This document shows, piece after piece, positions 8,259 to 17,099 of a stretch of DNA of 44,663 nt. The notes under the pieces are model-generated. The model did not search any database. It had not been told where the DNA came from and was given only the letters and a program-made list of their open reading frames with translations. The position numbers and the translations under genes were made by a program. Where the stretch lies: positions 1 to 44,663 of IMG/VR virus record IMGVR_UViG_3300036987_000028; one strand, given 5' to 3'. The number at the start of each line of letters is the position of its first letter. Position 1 is the first letter of the stretch. This stretch comes from a virus (Duplodnaviria; Caudoviricetes).

Positions 8259-8511
8259 AGTGGCCGTCACGGCCCACGACCTCACCGGCACGAACGACCT
8301 ATCGGGGTTCGCGGTGGAAGAGCTTCACGTCATGCTTGGTGCTATTCGCCTCGCGGGCGATCTTCGAAAGGCCGCCTTCGGTCAGACGTTGGGAGACACC
8401 CTCGGCTACATCGACCTCGTTGCCGACATGGCAGAGACCGCGACTGAAGACGTTATCGCGGAGGCCATTGCTTTGACTGAGGCCGAGATCAAGACGCGTC
8501 TGAACGCCTAG
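8248..8511 (+). CDS. Hypothetical protein
   Basis: Overlapping chain of ORFs. Confidence 0.65.
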   Translation: MQNEVAVTAHDLTGTNDLSGFAVEELHVMLGAIRLAGDLRKAAFGQTLGDTLGYIDLVADMAETATEDVIAEAIALTEAEIKTRLNA

Positions 8512-8747
8512 TGCCAAGTTTCGTTCGGGCTCTCGCGGAGCTTGCTGAGTTCGCTGCAAAGGCGGATGCAGCTCCGCGGGAGCCACGCGACATACGCATC
8601 TCAATCACGTTCAAGCGCTACGAAGATCGTTGTCGCTTCCTCCACGAGATCATGCGGGAGATGCCCCGCCCCGAGTATCTTCGTGATCCGCGCATTCGCG
8701 CCGACGTGATCGTCTTCAACGGCATCGAAGTCCGCATCCCCGACTAG
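8511..8747 (+). CDS. Hypothetical protein
   Basis: TAGTG overlap; abuts polymerase ATG. Confidence 0.65.
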   Translation: MPSFVRALAELAEFAAKADAAPREPRDIRISITFKRYEDRCRFLHEIMREMPRPEYLRDPRIRADVIVFNGIEVRIPD

Positions 8748-10664
8748 ATGACCGGGCGTTACGTCTTCGACTGTGAGACTAACGGCCTCCTACAACAGCT
8801 CGACCGGCTCCACTGTCTCGGCCTCAAAGACCTAGACAGCGGTAAGTATCATTCGTTCGCAGATCAGAAGGGCCATCGCCCGATCCGCGAAGGCGTGGAG
8901 ATGCTCAACTCGGCCGAGCTGCTAGTCGGCCACAACATCATCGGCTTCGACATCAAGGCGCTCCGCAAGGTGTACCCTTGGTTCGCGCCGAAGGCCCAGC
9001 TCCGCGACACCCTTCTCATCGCGAAGCTCTTCTGGCCCCACATCAAAGATACCGATTGGGCACGGGCCGCGAAGGGCCAGCTCCCCAAGAAGTACATCGG
9101 CCGTCACTCACTCGCGGCGTGGGGATACCGCATCGGCGTCCTCAAGACCGAGTACGACGGCGGATGGGATGCGTGGACGCCTACCATGCACTCGTACATG
9201 GGCGACGACGTAACGGCCACGTCGGCGCTTCTGGAGCGCATTGAAGCCAGAGCTAACAAGCTCGGCTTGCCCCTCTACGACGCGAACCCCAAGCCCGGCG
9301 CAGACTGCATTGAGCTTGAGCACCGCGTCGCCGAGATCGTCGAAAAGGTCATTGAGCACGGCTTCGCCTTCGACAAGGCAAAGGCCACGAAGCTCTTCGC
9401 CAAGATCGCTACACGGAAGGCCGCGCTTGAAGCTGACCTAGCTCGCGTCTTCCCGCCGAAGACCGTCGAAAGCATCTTCGTTCCTAAGAAGAACAACAAG
9501 AAGGTAGGCTACGTGAAGGGCGTTCCTTTCACGAAGCGCAAAGTCGTCCCGTTCAAGCCGTCCTCCCGCCGCCACGTATCCGAGCGCCTCATCAAGCTCG
9601 GCTGGCAACCGGAGGCATACGGTAAGGACGGCTACCCGACTGTTGACGACGACATCCTTCGCGCACTGCCGTACCCGCAAGCTGGTGTGCTTGCCGAGTT
9701 CTTCCTCGTAGACAAGCGCCTCGGCATGATCGCCAACGGTAAGGAAGCGTGGCTCAAGCACGAGACCAACGGCCGGATCAGAAGCCAGATTGATAGCCTC
9801 GGCGCCCACACCGGGCGCATGACGCACAAGAAGATCAATCAGGCTCAAGTCCCCGGCCTCATCGACAAGAAGACCGGCAAGCCCGCGCCCTACGGGGCCG
9901 AGTGTCGCGAGTGCTTCAAGGCCGATGACGGTTACGTGCTCGTTGGCTGTGACGCCGACGCGTTGGAACTCCGCGACCTCGCTGGATACATGGCCCGCTT
10001 CGACGGCGGCGCCTACATCGAAACCGTACTCCGGGGCGACAAGTCCAAGGGTACGGACATGCACACCATCAACGCGAAAGCGTTAGGGTGCAGTCGCGAC
10101 GTGGCGAAGATTTACTTCTACGCGATGATCTATGGCTCCGGCGACAAGAACCTCGCCGTGATCCTCGGCTTCAAGGGCACCGACAAGTTCCTCCGCAAGA
10201 AAGGCGCGGAGAGCAAGGCGAAGCTCATGAAGGCCGTGCCCGCCCTCGGCAAGTTGCTGAAGGCCGTCGCGAAGAAAAAGGTCGAAGTCGAACGCGTCAT
10301 CAAGGGCAAGAAAGAGAAGCTCAAGGTCATCCGTATGCGCGGCCTCGACGGTCGCCCGCTGGAAAGCCGGTCAGAGAACGCAGCGCTCAATACGTTGCTT
10401 CAGTCGGCCGGTGCGATCCAGATGAAGCGCGGCCTCGTGATCCTCTACGACGACCTCATCGCCAAAGGCTGGACCTTCGGCAAAGAGTTCTCAATCGTCG
10501 CACTCGTGCATGACGAGTGGCAGACCAACGTGCTGCCGCACCTTGTCGAAGAGTACGGCGAGACAGCTTGTGAAGCGATCCGCAAAGCGGGCCGTTACTA
10601 TTCTTTCCGCTGCCCTCTTGAAGCTCAGTATAGCTCCGGGGCGAATTGGAAAGAGACGCACTAA
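8748..10664 (+). CDS. DNA polymerase, family A (gp5-like), with 3'-5' exonuclease
   Basis: FDCETNG, GHNIIGFD, HSLAAWG, TGRMTH, DADALELR, AKIYFYAMIYG, LLQSAGA, VHDEWQ. Confidence 0.97.
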   Translation: MTGRYVFDCETNGLLQQLDRLHCLGLKDLDSGKYHSFADQKGHRPIREGVEMLNSAELLVGHNIIGFDIKALRKVYPWFAPKAQLRDTLLIAKLFWPHIKDTDWARAAKGQLPKKYIGRHSLAAWGYRIGVLKTEYDGGWDAWTPTMHSYMGDDVTATSALLERIEARANKLGLPLYDANPKPGADCIELEHRVAEIVEKVIEHGFAFDKAKATKLFAKIATRKAALEADLARVFPPKTVESIFVPKKNNKKVGYVKGVPFTKRKVVPFKPSSRRHVSERLIKLGWQPEAYGKDGYPTVDDDILRALPYPQAGVLAEFFLVDKRLGMIANGKEAWLKHETNGRIRSQIDSLGAHTGRMTHKKINQAQVPGLIDKKTGKPAPYGAECRECFKADDGYVLVGCDADALELRDLAGYMARFDGGAYIETVLRGDKSKGTDMHTINAKALGCSRDVAKIYFYAMIYGSGDKNLAVILGFKGTDKFLRKKGAESKAKLMKAVPALGKLLKAVAKKKVEVERVIKGKKEKLKVIRMRGLDGRPLESRSENAALNTLLQSAGAIQMKRGLVILYDDLIAKGWTFGKEFSIVALVHDEWQTNVLPHLVEEYGETACEAIRKAGRYYSFRCPLEAQYSSGANWKETH

Positions 10665-10939
10665 TGCGCGGCCACATCTACGGCATCGTGCATCCGCAGT
10701 TCCCCGGCTACGTGAAAATTGGGAAGGCGTCCTCAGTTGCGAGGCGCCTTTCTCAATACAACACCGGAGACCCCTACCGCCGTTATGACGTGGCGTTCGT
10801 CATCACAGCAAAGAACTATCACCGCGCCGAACTCATCGCTCACAGACTTCTAAACGGCTACCGCGTCCTCGGAACGGAATGGTTCCGCATCGCGCCCGAA
10901 GAGGCATGTGCGCTCATCGTCAACAAGCTGGAGGAATGA
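10664..10939 (+). CDS. GIY-YIG/T5orf172-like domain protein (91 aa)
   Basis: GHIYGI...YVKIG...RRL.QYNTG.P...E...H......EWF. Confidence 0.8.
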   Translation: MRGHIYGIVHPQFPGYVKIGKASSVARRLSQYNTGDPYRRYDVAFVITAKNYHRAELIAHRLLNGYRVLGTEWFRIAPEEACALIVNKLEE

Positions 10940-11121
10940 TGCTGGAGATCACCCCCGAAGAGGCGTTCGCAATGCGCCTTCGCGCCAAGTACGGCATCGC
11001 TCAGCCGATGGCCCCGCCCACTGAGGCGGACAACGACGACTACCCGGAACTACTAGCCACTCGTGCCGCCTACCTGAACCGCGGCGAACCCGACGAAATC
11101 GAAAAGGACAACGACGAATGA
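10936..11121 (+). CDS. Hypothetical acidic protein (61 aa)
   Basis: ATGA overlaps on both sides. Confidence 0.6.
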   Translation: MMLEITPEEAFAMRLRAKYGIAQPMAPPTEADNDDYPELLATRAAYLNRGEPDEIEKDNDE

Positions 11122-11330
11122 GCAATTTCAAGCGCCCGAGCACCGAAGCAAAGCTGGAGTGTGACGAGTACCGGCGCGACTATCTCACGGTCAGTAAGGG
11201 CGAGTTCAGCTCTGACCGGATTACTTTCGCCATGCTATCGTCTGACCTCGTTGTCGAGACGGTGACGGTAGACAAGGCGTCGGCCCGCGAGTTCGCCGAG
11301 TACATCTTGGAACTCACGAGCGAGTTCTGA
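11118..11330 (+). CDS. Hypothetical protein (70 aa)
   Basis: AAGGA RBS, ATGA overlap. Confidence 0.65.
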   Translation: MSNFKRPSTEAKLECDEYRRDYLTVSKGEFSSDRITFAMLSSDLVVETVTVDKASAREFAEYILELTSEF

Positions 11331-12091
11331 GGAAGACCAGCCTCATCATCGACGCTGACGGCCCCGCTTGGAAAGCTGCCGCGGCGGCACAGACGACATA
11401 CTGGTGGGATGACGAGACCGCTTCCGTCGTCCTCGACTTCGCGAAGGCCAAGGAAATCTTCACCGACTTCTTGGACCGCTATCGCGAAGCCGTCGATGAG
11501 AACGCGGAGCTGGTGCTCTGTTTCTCATGCCCATCGCGCCACTACTTCAGACACGACGTTCTCGCGGGCTACAAGGCGAACCGCTCAGCGGCTACGCCTA
11601 TTGGTCTCCGCAAGCTGAAGGATTGGATCAACACACAGTACGACACAAAGACCAAGCCGAACCTTGAAGCCGACGACGTGGTGGGCATCCTCGCCACTTC
11701 GCCGAAGCTCATCAAGGGGCGCAAGATCATCGTGTCGATGGACAAAGACCTCCAGCAAATCCCCGGCGAGCACCTTAACGGGAGTAGGCCGGAGGAAGGC
11801 ACGTTCCGCATCACGTCCGAGTTCGCCGAGCGCTTCCGTTGGATGCAAGTCCTCACCGGAGACAGCACGGACAACTACGCCGGTCTCCCCGGCTGTGGCC
11901 CCGTTGGTGCAACGAAGGTCATCGCCAGTGCGCGTCCCGATGAACCGCTCAGCGACGTAGTTCTCGCCGCGTACCTCAAAGCCGGATTGACTAAGAGCGA
12001 CTTCGCGCAACAGACGAACGTCGCAACGATCCTCACAGCAACCATGTACGACTTCAAACGCAAGGAACCCATCCTCTGGCCAGCAACGTAG
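11327..12091 (+). CDS. 5'-3' exonuclease (gp6-like), CTG start
   Basis: N-terminal LIIDAD motif lies upstream of the track start 11471; YKANR, LEADDVVGI, SMDKDLQQIPG, GDSTDNYAGLPGCG; no in-frame ATG/GTG/TTG between TGA 11243 and the motif. Confidence 0.92.
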   Translation: MRKTSLIIDADGPAWKAAAAAQTTYWWDDETASVVLDFAKAKEIFTDFLDRYREAVDENAELVLCFSCPSRHYFRHDVLAGYKANRSAATPIGLRKLKDWINTQYDTKTKPNLEADDVVGILATSPKLIKGRKIIVSMDKDLQQIPGEHLNGSRPEEGTFRITSEFAERFRWMQVLTGDSTDNYAGLPGCGPVGATKVIASARPDEPLSDVVLAAYLKAGLTKSDFAQQTNVATILTATMYDFKRKEPILWPAT

Positions 12092-12573
12092 ACAAGACCC
12101 TCGCAGAGCGCGGAGAGCGCTATGGTGACTTCGCCGGTCACGCCAAGATCACTCAGTCCCTCAAGGCCGTCTTCATCGACAGCCCGAAGTATCGCGTCCT
12201 CACGGACAGCATGAAGGAAGCCCTCGACATGGTGGCCCACAAGATCGGGCGCATCTTGAACGGCGACCCGACGTACACCGATAGCTGGCACGACATCGCC
12301 GGTTACTCCAAGCTCGTGGAAGATGAGCTGAGCGCCGCCCCGACCAATGAGGCGATCACCGGCCTCATCGAGACCGCCGCTAACGTGAAGCCGAATGTTC
12401 CGAAGCTCATTGCAGCTCGTGACGCCCTGGACGCCGCGCCTGTCCCCGCCGAGAAGTCGGTCCTCGTGGTCGAAGCGCCCGCCGCTGAAGCTCCGGCCCC
12501 GGAAGCTCCGGCCGCCCCGGCTGTGATCCGCGTGTCGCCGGTCGCCCCGGCCCCGAAGGCTCCCGCTAAGTGA
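12076..12573 (+). CDS. DUF6378-like phage protein with Ala/Pro tail, probable CTG start
   Basis: AAGGA RBS + CTG 12076; TLAERGERYGDF...KIGRILNGDP...DSWHDIAGY. Confidence 0.75.
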   Translation: MASNVDKTLAERGERYGDFAGHAKITQSLKAVFIDSPKYRVLTDSMKEALDMVAHKIGRILNGDPTYTDSWHDIAGYSKLVEDELSAAPTNEAITGLIETAANVKPNVPKLIAARDALDAAPVPAEKSVLVVEAPAAEAPAPEAPAAPAVIRVSPVAPAPKAPAK

Positions 12574-12833
12574 GCGGAGCCCGCATCAACCGTGCCCCTT
12601 CTGCCACACCGGCAGAGGGGGTAACGGGCCAGAATAGTCAGCACACAAATAACCTGCTTATTTGGACCCCTCCAATCTGCCCACCCCTGGATCAATCTCT
12701 GATTGATTACTTACGGGCCGTATTCCCGCTCAAGCTTCAGCGGACACAGGATTTGCGCGACTATGACGCGCTCCGCGGACAACACGAGTTGATCGCGCAC
12801 CTAGAAGGGGTTTTCCGCCAGCAGAACCCATAA
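12570..12833 (+). CDS. Hypothetical protein preceding the structural module
   Basis: LIDYLRAVFP...GQHELIAHL; start uncertain. Confidence 0.6.
   Translation: MSGARINRAPSATPAEGVTGQNSQHTNNLLIWTPPICPPLDQSLIDYLRAVFPLKLQRTQDLRDYDALRGQHELIAHLEGVFRQQNP
12650..12666 (+). promoter_or_regulatory. Candidate phage RNAP late promoter TAACCTGCTTATTTGGA
   Basis: Near-identical to 2753-2769; AT-rich patch just before the structural genes. Confidence 0.55.
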
Positions 12834-12837
12834 GGCT

Positions 12838-13047
12838 ATGTGCAGCTCTAAATCACCCGCACCAGCTCCAGCTCCGGCACCGGCCCCGCCGCCCGCCGCA
12901 GAGGCGCCAACCGCGCCCGTCGTCAACGAGACGGCAGCTTCCGAGCGCAACACCCTCACGTCCGGTAAGAACGGGCGCAACTCTCTCCGCATCGACCGCA
13001 CGAACACGGCTTCCGGCTCCAGCGGTCTCGGCATCCCGACCGCCTAA
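12838..13047 (+). CDS. Small virion protein (gp6.7/7.3-like position)
   Basis: MC- start, Pro-rich, GRNSLRI..., upstream of portal. Confidence 0.75.
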   Translation: MCSSKSPAPAPAPAPAPPPAAEAPTAPVVNETAASERNTLTSGKNGRNSLRIDRTNTASGSSGLGIPTA

Positions 13048-13229
13048 TGTGCTTCGGGAAGTCTAGTGATCCGTTCGCGGCAGCTCGCGTCCAGCTACCG
13101 GCCCCGGCCGCCACGCCCGACGTGATCCCGGCTGACAAACCGGCCGCCGCTCCCGAACCGACACCGAAAGCTACGCCGACGACGCGGACCACCGCCGCAA
13201 GCACCGGGCTCAACCTCCCCACCGTATGA
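13047..13229 (+). CDS. Small virion protein
   Basis: MCFG start, TGLNLP end, overlaps portal start. Confidence 0.65.
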   Translation: MCFGKSSDPFAAARVQLPAPAATPDVIPADKPAAAPEPTPKATPTTRTTAASTGLNLPTV

Positions 13230-14818
13230 GTGAGAAGGTAGACCTCCCGGACGCGATTACCGCAGCAGGACGCTACAAAGAACTAGAGCGCGACCGCCAG
13301 CCGTACCTCGACCGAGGGCGCGAATGCGCAGCACTCACCATCCCCTACGTTCTCCCGCCCCAAGGTCACAGCGCATCCGCGAAACTGGCAACTCCCTACC
13401 AGTCACTCGGCGCTCGTGGCGTCCAGACGATCACGTCTAAGCTGCTACTCTCACTCTTCCCCGGCGTCCCGTTCTTCAATTACAAGATGGACGATCAGGT
13501 CATCCAGAAAATGGGTGCCAAGCGCGGAGAGTACGAGAAGGCCCTCTCGTCACGCGAACGTGCGACGACGACAGAACTCGACACAAGCGTCTTCCGCCCC
13601 GCTGCCTACACCGCTTTGCAAGGCGGCGTCGTGTGCGGCAACGCGTGTCTCTACATTCCCGCCAAGCAAGACGAACGCGCTCAGTCGTTCCGTCTCGACC
13701 AGTTCGTCACTCGCCGTGACGCCTCAGGCAATCTTCTTGAGTTCGTCATCCACGAGATCATGGACCTCGCTTCCGTCCCCGACTACGTGCGCGACGCGAT
13801 CATCGCGAGCGAAGAGTACAAGGAAAAGAAGCCGCTCGAAAAAGCCGACGTGGACCTCTTCACGCACGGCTATCTCAATGGCGACACCGGCAAGTGGGAA
13901 GTCTATCAGGAAGCCGCGGGTTTCTACATCGCGGGCTCCGAAGGCTCGTACAAAGTCGGCGAACTCCCCTACGTATTCTTCGTCCTCAACCTCCAGCCCG
14001 GCGAGCACTATGGCCGCGGGTACGTTGAAGCCATCCTCGGCGACCTCGACAGCCTTGAAGCGCTCTCTGAAGCGCTCGTAGAAGGCTCCGTTGCTTCCGC
14101 GCGAATTGTCTTCCTCGTGAACCCTGGAGGCACGACTTCCCTACAAGTCGTCACCAAGGCCAAGAACGGCGACGTGGTAGCCGGTGACGCCAACGACGTG
14201 ACATCCATGCGCGTCGAAAAGGCGAACGACCTATCCGTCGCGAAGTCACAAGCCGAAGAGATCGGAGCGCGTCTCGCACAAGCCTTCCTCTTGCACTCCG
14301 CAGTGCAGCGAGCGGGCGAGCGAGTGACCGCCGAAGAAATCCGCTTCATGGCGTCCGAACTCGACGACGGTCTCGGCGGCATCTACACGCTACTCGCCGC
14401 AACGCTTCAGCTCCCGTGTGTCCGGCTCTTTGAGCGACGCATGGAAAAGCGCCTCGGCAGCTCGCCACTCCCTAAGGGGATGGTACAGCCCGTCATCGTC
14501 GCTGGCCTTGAAGCCATCGGCCGTGGCCACTCTCAGCGCAACCTCACGATGTTCGTGAAAGAGATCGTCGCGGTGCTCACACCCGAGATCGCGATGAAGT
14601 ATCTCAAGCCCGAAGAGCTAATCGCTCGCTCCGCTGCCGCCTACGGTATCGACACCGAAGGATTGCTCCCTTCCGAGGACGACCTTGCGCAGATGCAGCA
14701 GCAAGAACAGCTCATGATGCTGCTAAAGCAATTCGGCCCCGAGGCTATGAAACAAGGCGGCGGCCTTGCGCAGACTGCGATGCAGACTGGCGCCACTGAC
14801 GCACCCCCTCCCCAATAA
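13226..14818 (+). CDS. Head-tail connector / portal (gp8-like)
   Basis: PYQSLGARGV, GEHYGRGYVE, QRAGERVTAEEIR, GLEAIGRG. Confidence 0.97.
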   Translation: MSEKVDLPDAITAAGRYKELERDRQPYLDRGRECAALTIPYVLPPQGHSASAKLATPYQSLGARGVQTITSKLLLSLFPGVPFFNYKMDDQVIQKMGAKRGEYEKALSSRERATTTELDTSVFRPAAYTALQGGVVCGNACLYIPAKQDERAQSFRLDQFVTRRDASGNLLEFVIHEIMDLASVPDYVRDAIIASEEYKEKKPLEKADVDLFTHGYLNGDTGKWEVYQEAAGFYIAGSEGSYKVGELPYVFFVLNLQPGEHYGRGYVEAILGDLDSLEALSEALVEGSVASARIVFLVNPGGTTSLQVVTKAKNGDVVAGDANDVTSMRVEKANDLSVAKSQAEEIGARLAQAFLLHSAVQRAGERVTAEEIRFMASELDDGLGGIYTLLAATLQLPCVRLFERRMEKRLGSSPLPKGMVQPVIVAGLEAIGRGHSQRNLTMFVKEIVAVLTPEIAMKYLKPEELIARSAAAYGIDTEGLLPSEDDLAQMQQQEQLMMLLKQFGPEAMKQGGGLAQTAMQTGATDAPPPQ

Positions 14819-14827
14819 GGACACTAC

Positions 14828-15079
14828 ATGGCTAAAGCCAACTCACTCCCCGACGACCTTGCCAACCTCCCGGCAGCGTCGCCAGAAGCGGAAGCCGCCC
14901 TCGCTGGCGAGCCCGCAACTCCCGTACCAGCCGCTCCGGCCCCCGCGCCAGAGAAGGCATCTGCCGCCGCGAAGGCTGGCGTAGACAATATTGCCGCCGA
15001 GCGTGAGGGCACCGCTGCCGTCCCCGGCACGACCAAGTACGTCTACGGCAACGCATCCGTGACCGTCATCACGAAGTAA
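14828..15079 (+). CDS. Hypothetical Ala/Pro-rich protein
   Basis: AAGGAC RBS; between portal and scaffold. Confidence 0.65.
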   Translation: MAKANSLPDDLANLPAASPEAEAALAGEPATPVPAAPAPAPEKASAAAKAGVDNIAAEREGTAAVPGTTKYVYGNASVTVITK

Positions 15080-15183
15080 TTCGCGTAGCTCTCTCAGGCT
15101 TACGCAAACTTGGCCCCACGCGATGGCGCGGTCCTATCACCGGCTTGCCGGAATTGAGGATGACATCGCGTGGGGTTCTTTAT
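15080..15183 (+). ncRNA. Structured intergenic element: hairpin displaying UCUCUCAG, then a long stem
   Basis: GCGTAGC-TCTCTCAG-GCTTACGC; GGCCCCACGCGATG pairs with CATCGCGTGGGGTT, enclosing CCGG-CTTG-CCGG. Confidence 0.45.
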
Positions 15184-15212
15184 CCCCTCTCAAGGAACCA
15201 TCACTCCCCTAC

Positions 15213-16037
15213 ATGGTCACTTCCGTCACTTTCCAGTCCCCCGAGACAGGCTCTAGCGCTCCCGCCGACGACACCGCACAGGCCGCTGAGCGCCCCGCGT
15301 GGCTCCCCGCCGAGTTTGAGAGCCCCGAGAAGTTCGCCGAGGCTCACGCCAATCTCCGCGCGGACCACACCCGCAAGTCTCAGGAACTCGCCGAACTTAA
15401 GAAGCCCGCCACACCCGCGGACCCGGCAACTCCCGCCGATCCTGCTACGCCTCCCGCCGATCCGGCTGAGAAACCGAAGACTCCCGCCGAGGCCGCACAG
15501 AGCGTTGCCGACAGCGCGGGCTTCGACCTCACCAGCTACAACGACGAGTACGCGACGACCGGCGACGTATCGCCAGAGAGCCGCGCGAAGATCGTTGAAG
15601 GCTTGAAGGACAAGCTCGGCGCCGACGCTGAGACACTCGTCAACCAGTTCATCGAAGCACAGAAGATCGTTCACGCGAACCAGCGCAACGATTTCTTCTC
15701 TGCCGCTGGCGGCGAGGACACCTACAATTCGATGCTTGAGTTCGCTCGTGAGACGATGACCGACGCCGAACGGGCGAAGTTCAACTCGCACATCAACGGC
15801 AACGATCACGACGTTCGCATGATGGCGCTAGAGAGCCTGAAGTCTCGTTACGAGGCTGAGCACGGTCGCCTCCCGCGCACTCGTCTCACCGGCCAGCGCC
15901 GTCCGAACCTCACGGGCGTCAAGCCCTTCGACAATTCCGCACAGATGGTCGCCGCTATGAGCGACCCGAAGTACGACACCGACGCGGCATATCGCAACGA
16001 GATTGCTCAGCGCATCGCCGCTTCCCCTAACCTCTAA
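15213..16037 (+). CDS. Capsid assembly scaffolding protein (gp9-like)
   Basis: RPAWLP..F, AGGEDTY..M, AMSDPKY..D.AYR; start 15213 preferred to 15123 because upstream is structured and AAGGA precedes it. Confidence 0.9.
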   Translation: MVTSVTFQSPETGSSAPADDTAQAAERPAWLPAEFESPEKFAEAHANLRADHTRKSQELAELKKPATPADPATPADPATPPADPAEKPKTPAEAAQSVADSAGFDLTSYNDEYATTGDVSPESRAKIVEGLKDKLGADAETLVNQFIEAQKIVHANQRNDFFSAAGGEDTYNSMLEFARETMTDAERAKFNSHINGNDHDVRMMALESLKSRYEAEHGRLPRTRLTGQRRPNLTGVKPFDNSAQMVAAMSDPKYDTDAAYRNEIAQRIAASPNL

Positions 16038-16046
16038 AGGACACCG

Positions 16047-16361
16047 ATGTTCCTCATTGATTGGCTCGTAGCCAACTGGACGGAGATCGCTGGTGCTGCC
16101 GCCGCTGGTTACGCATTCGCCGTAGCCGTCGCCAAGCTCACCCCGACGACCGCCGACGACGACGTTCTCGCGTCGCTGCACGGCAAGTTCGGCGCGATCC
16201 TCGCCATCCTCCCCCTCCCGGCCGTATCCCCGGTCGCCAAGGCTCTGTCCGCTTCCGCGAAGGCAGACGCCGCACTCGATAAAGCCGCGCTCACCGCCGC
16301 TGCAAAGGCAGAGGCCGTAGACGTGGCAAAGTCTAAGGCCAGCGAGAAGGCCACCAAGTGA
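16047..16361 (+). CDS. Putative holin-like membrane protein
   Basis: WLVANW...hydrophobic...KLTPTTADD pattern; followed by a spanin-like pair. Confidence 0.55.
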   Translation: MFLIDWLVANWTEIAGAAAAGYAFAVAVAKLTPTTADDDVLASLHGKFGAILAILPLPAVSPVAKALSASAKADAALDKAALTAAAKAEAVDVAKSKASEKATK

Positions 16362-16573
16362 CTTGGCTAAGCGGCCTCGTGAGCTTCATGCCGTTCATCA
16401 CGACAGTCTTCAATTGGCTGACGGGATGGCGAGCAAAGAAGGAAGCTCGCGAGGCTGTGGTCGCCGAGATCACCAAGGCTGAAGCCGAGGCAACGATTGA
16501 AGCTGTTAATGTCATCGCTGAAGACCGTAGTCCTAGCGACGCTGTTAAGCGTCTCGACGACGGTAGCTTCTAG
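16358..16573 (+). CDS. Putative i-spanin (Rz-like)
   Basis: N-terminal TM, helical Ala/Glu region, ends RLDDGSF; overlapped by next ORF. Confidence 0.5.
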   Translation: MTWLSGLVSFMPFITTVFNWLTGWRAKKEAREAVVAEITKAEAEATIEAVNVIAEDRSPSDAVKRLDDGSF

Positions 16574-16763
16574 CGCAATGAGTGGCTCGCCCGTGATCGT
16601 CAAGACATGGTGCCCGCCGCTCACGAGCTACTCGAAAGAGACACAGCGCAAGGCGGCCCGCGAGCTTGAGAAGCTTGGCGACGACGCGGCGACTGCGAAG
16701 TTCGTCACCGACTACGGCAAGCTACGAGATGCTTGTCGCGCGGCGAAAGCCCGAACGAAATAA
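16497..16763 (+). CDS. Putative o-spanin (Rz1-like) exported protein
   Basis: Starts inside previous gene; signal peptide; CPPL..YS...Q...A.EL...DY..LRD.CR; no obvious lipobox Cys. Confidence 0.5.
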   Translation: MKLLMSSLKTVVLATLLSVSTTVASSAMSGSPVIVKTWCPPLTSYSKETQRKAARELEKLGDDAATAKFVTDYGKLRDACRAAKARTK

Positions 16764-16842
16764 CGACCCCTAAGGCATCACCCCGAGAGTACGGACGGGT
16801 TGTGAGCACCACGACGATCCTCGTGGTGGATGCCCATTAGTA

Positions 16843-16915
16843 TCCCCCGCATAGCTCAATGGTAGAGCGCCCGGCATGGACCGGGAAGACCCACGTTCAA
16901 ATCGTGGTCGGGGGA
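16843..16915 (+). ncRNA. tRNA-like element (6-nt anticodon loop, bulged acceptor stem, no CCA)
   Basis: D arm GCTC-AATGGTA-GAGC, stem CCCGG/CCGGG with loop CATGGA, T arm CCACG-TTCAAAT-CGTGG, acceptor TCCCCCG(C)A/TCGGGGGA. Confidence 0.75.
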
Positions 16916-17099
16916 CGTTTACCCATGCGAAGTGTGAAAGACCGCGCCCCTCTTTAGGCGGCGGCCACACGCCCTAAGGCAAGCCTACGTGGCTCGCTCT
17001 GTCAGCTCTTGCGAGAGCGGCTGAAGCGAACAACCTCAGAACGCGATGCCCTGGACGGCGAAGGCATATGAACCTTCATCGCATCAGGACACTACCACT

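Noticed and set aside
16843-16915. Functional tRNA (Met, Pro or Ser read from CATGGA)
   Set aside because: 6-nt loop, bulged acceptor, no CCA; anticodon cannot be assigned
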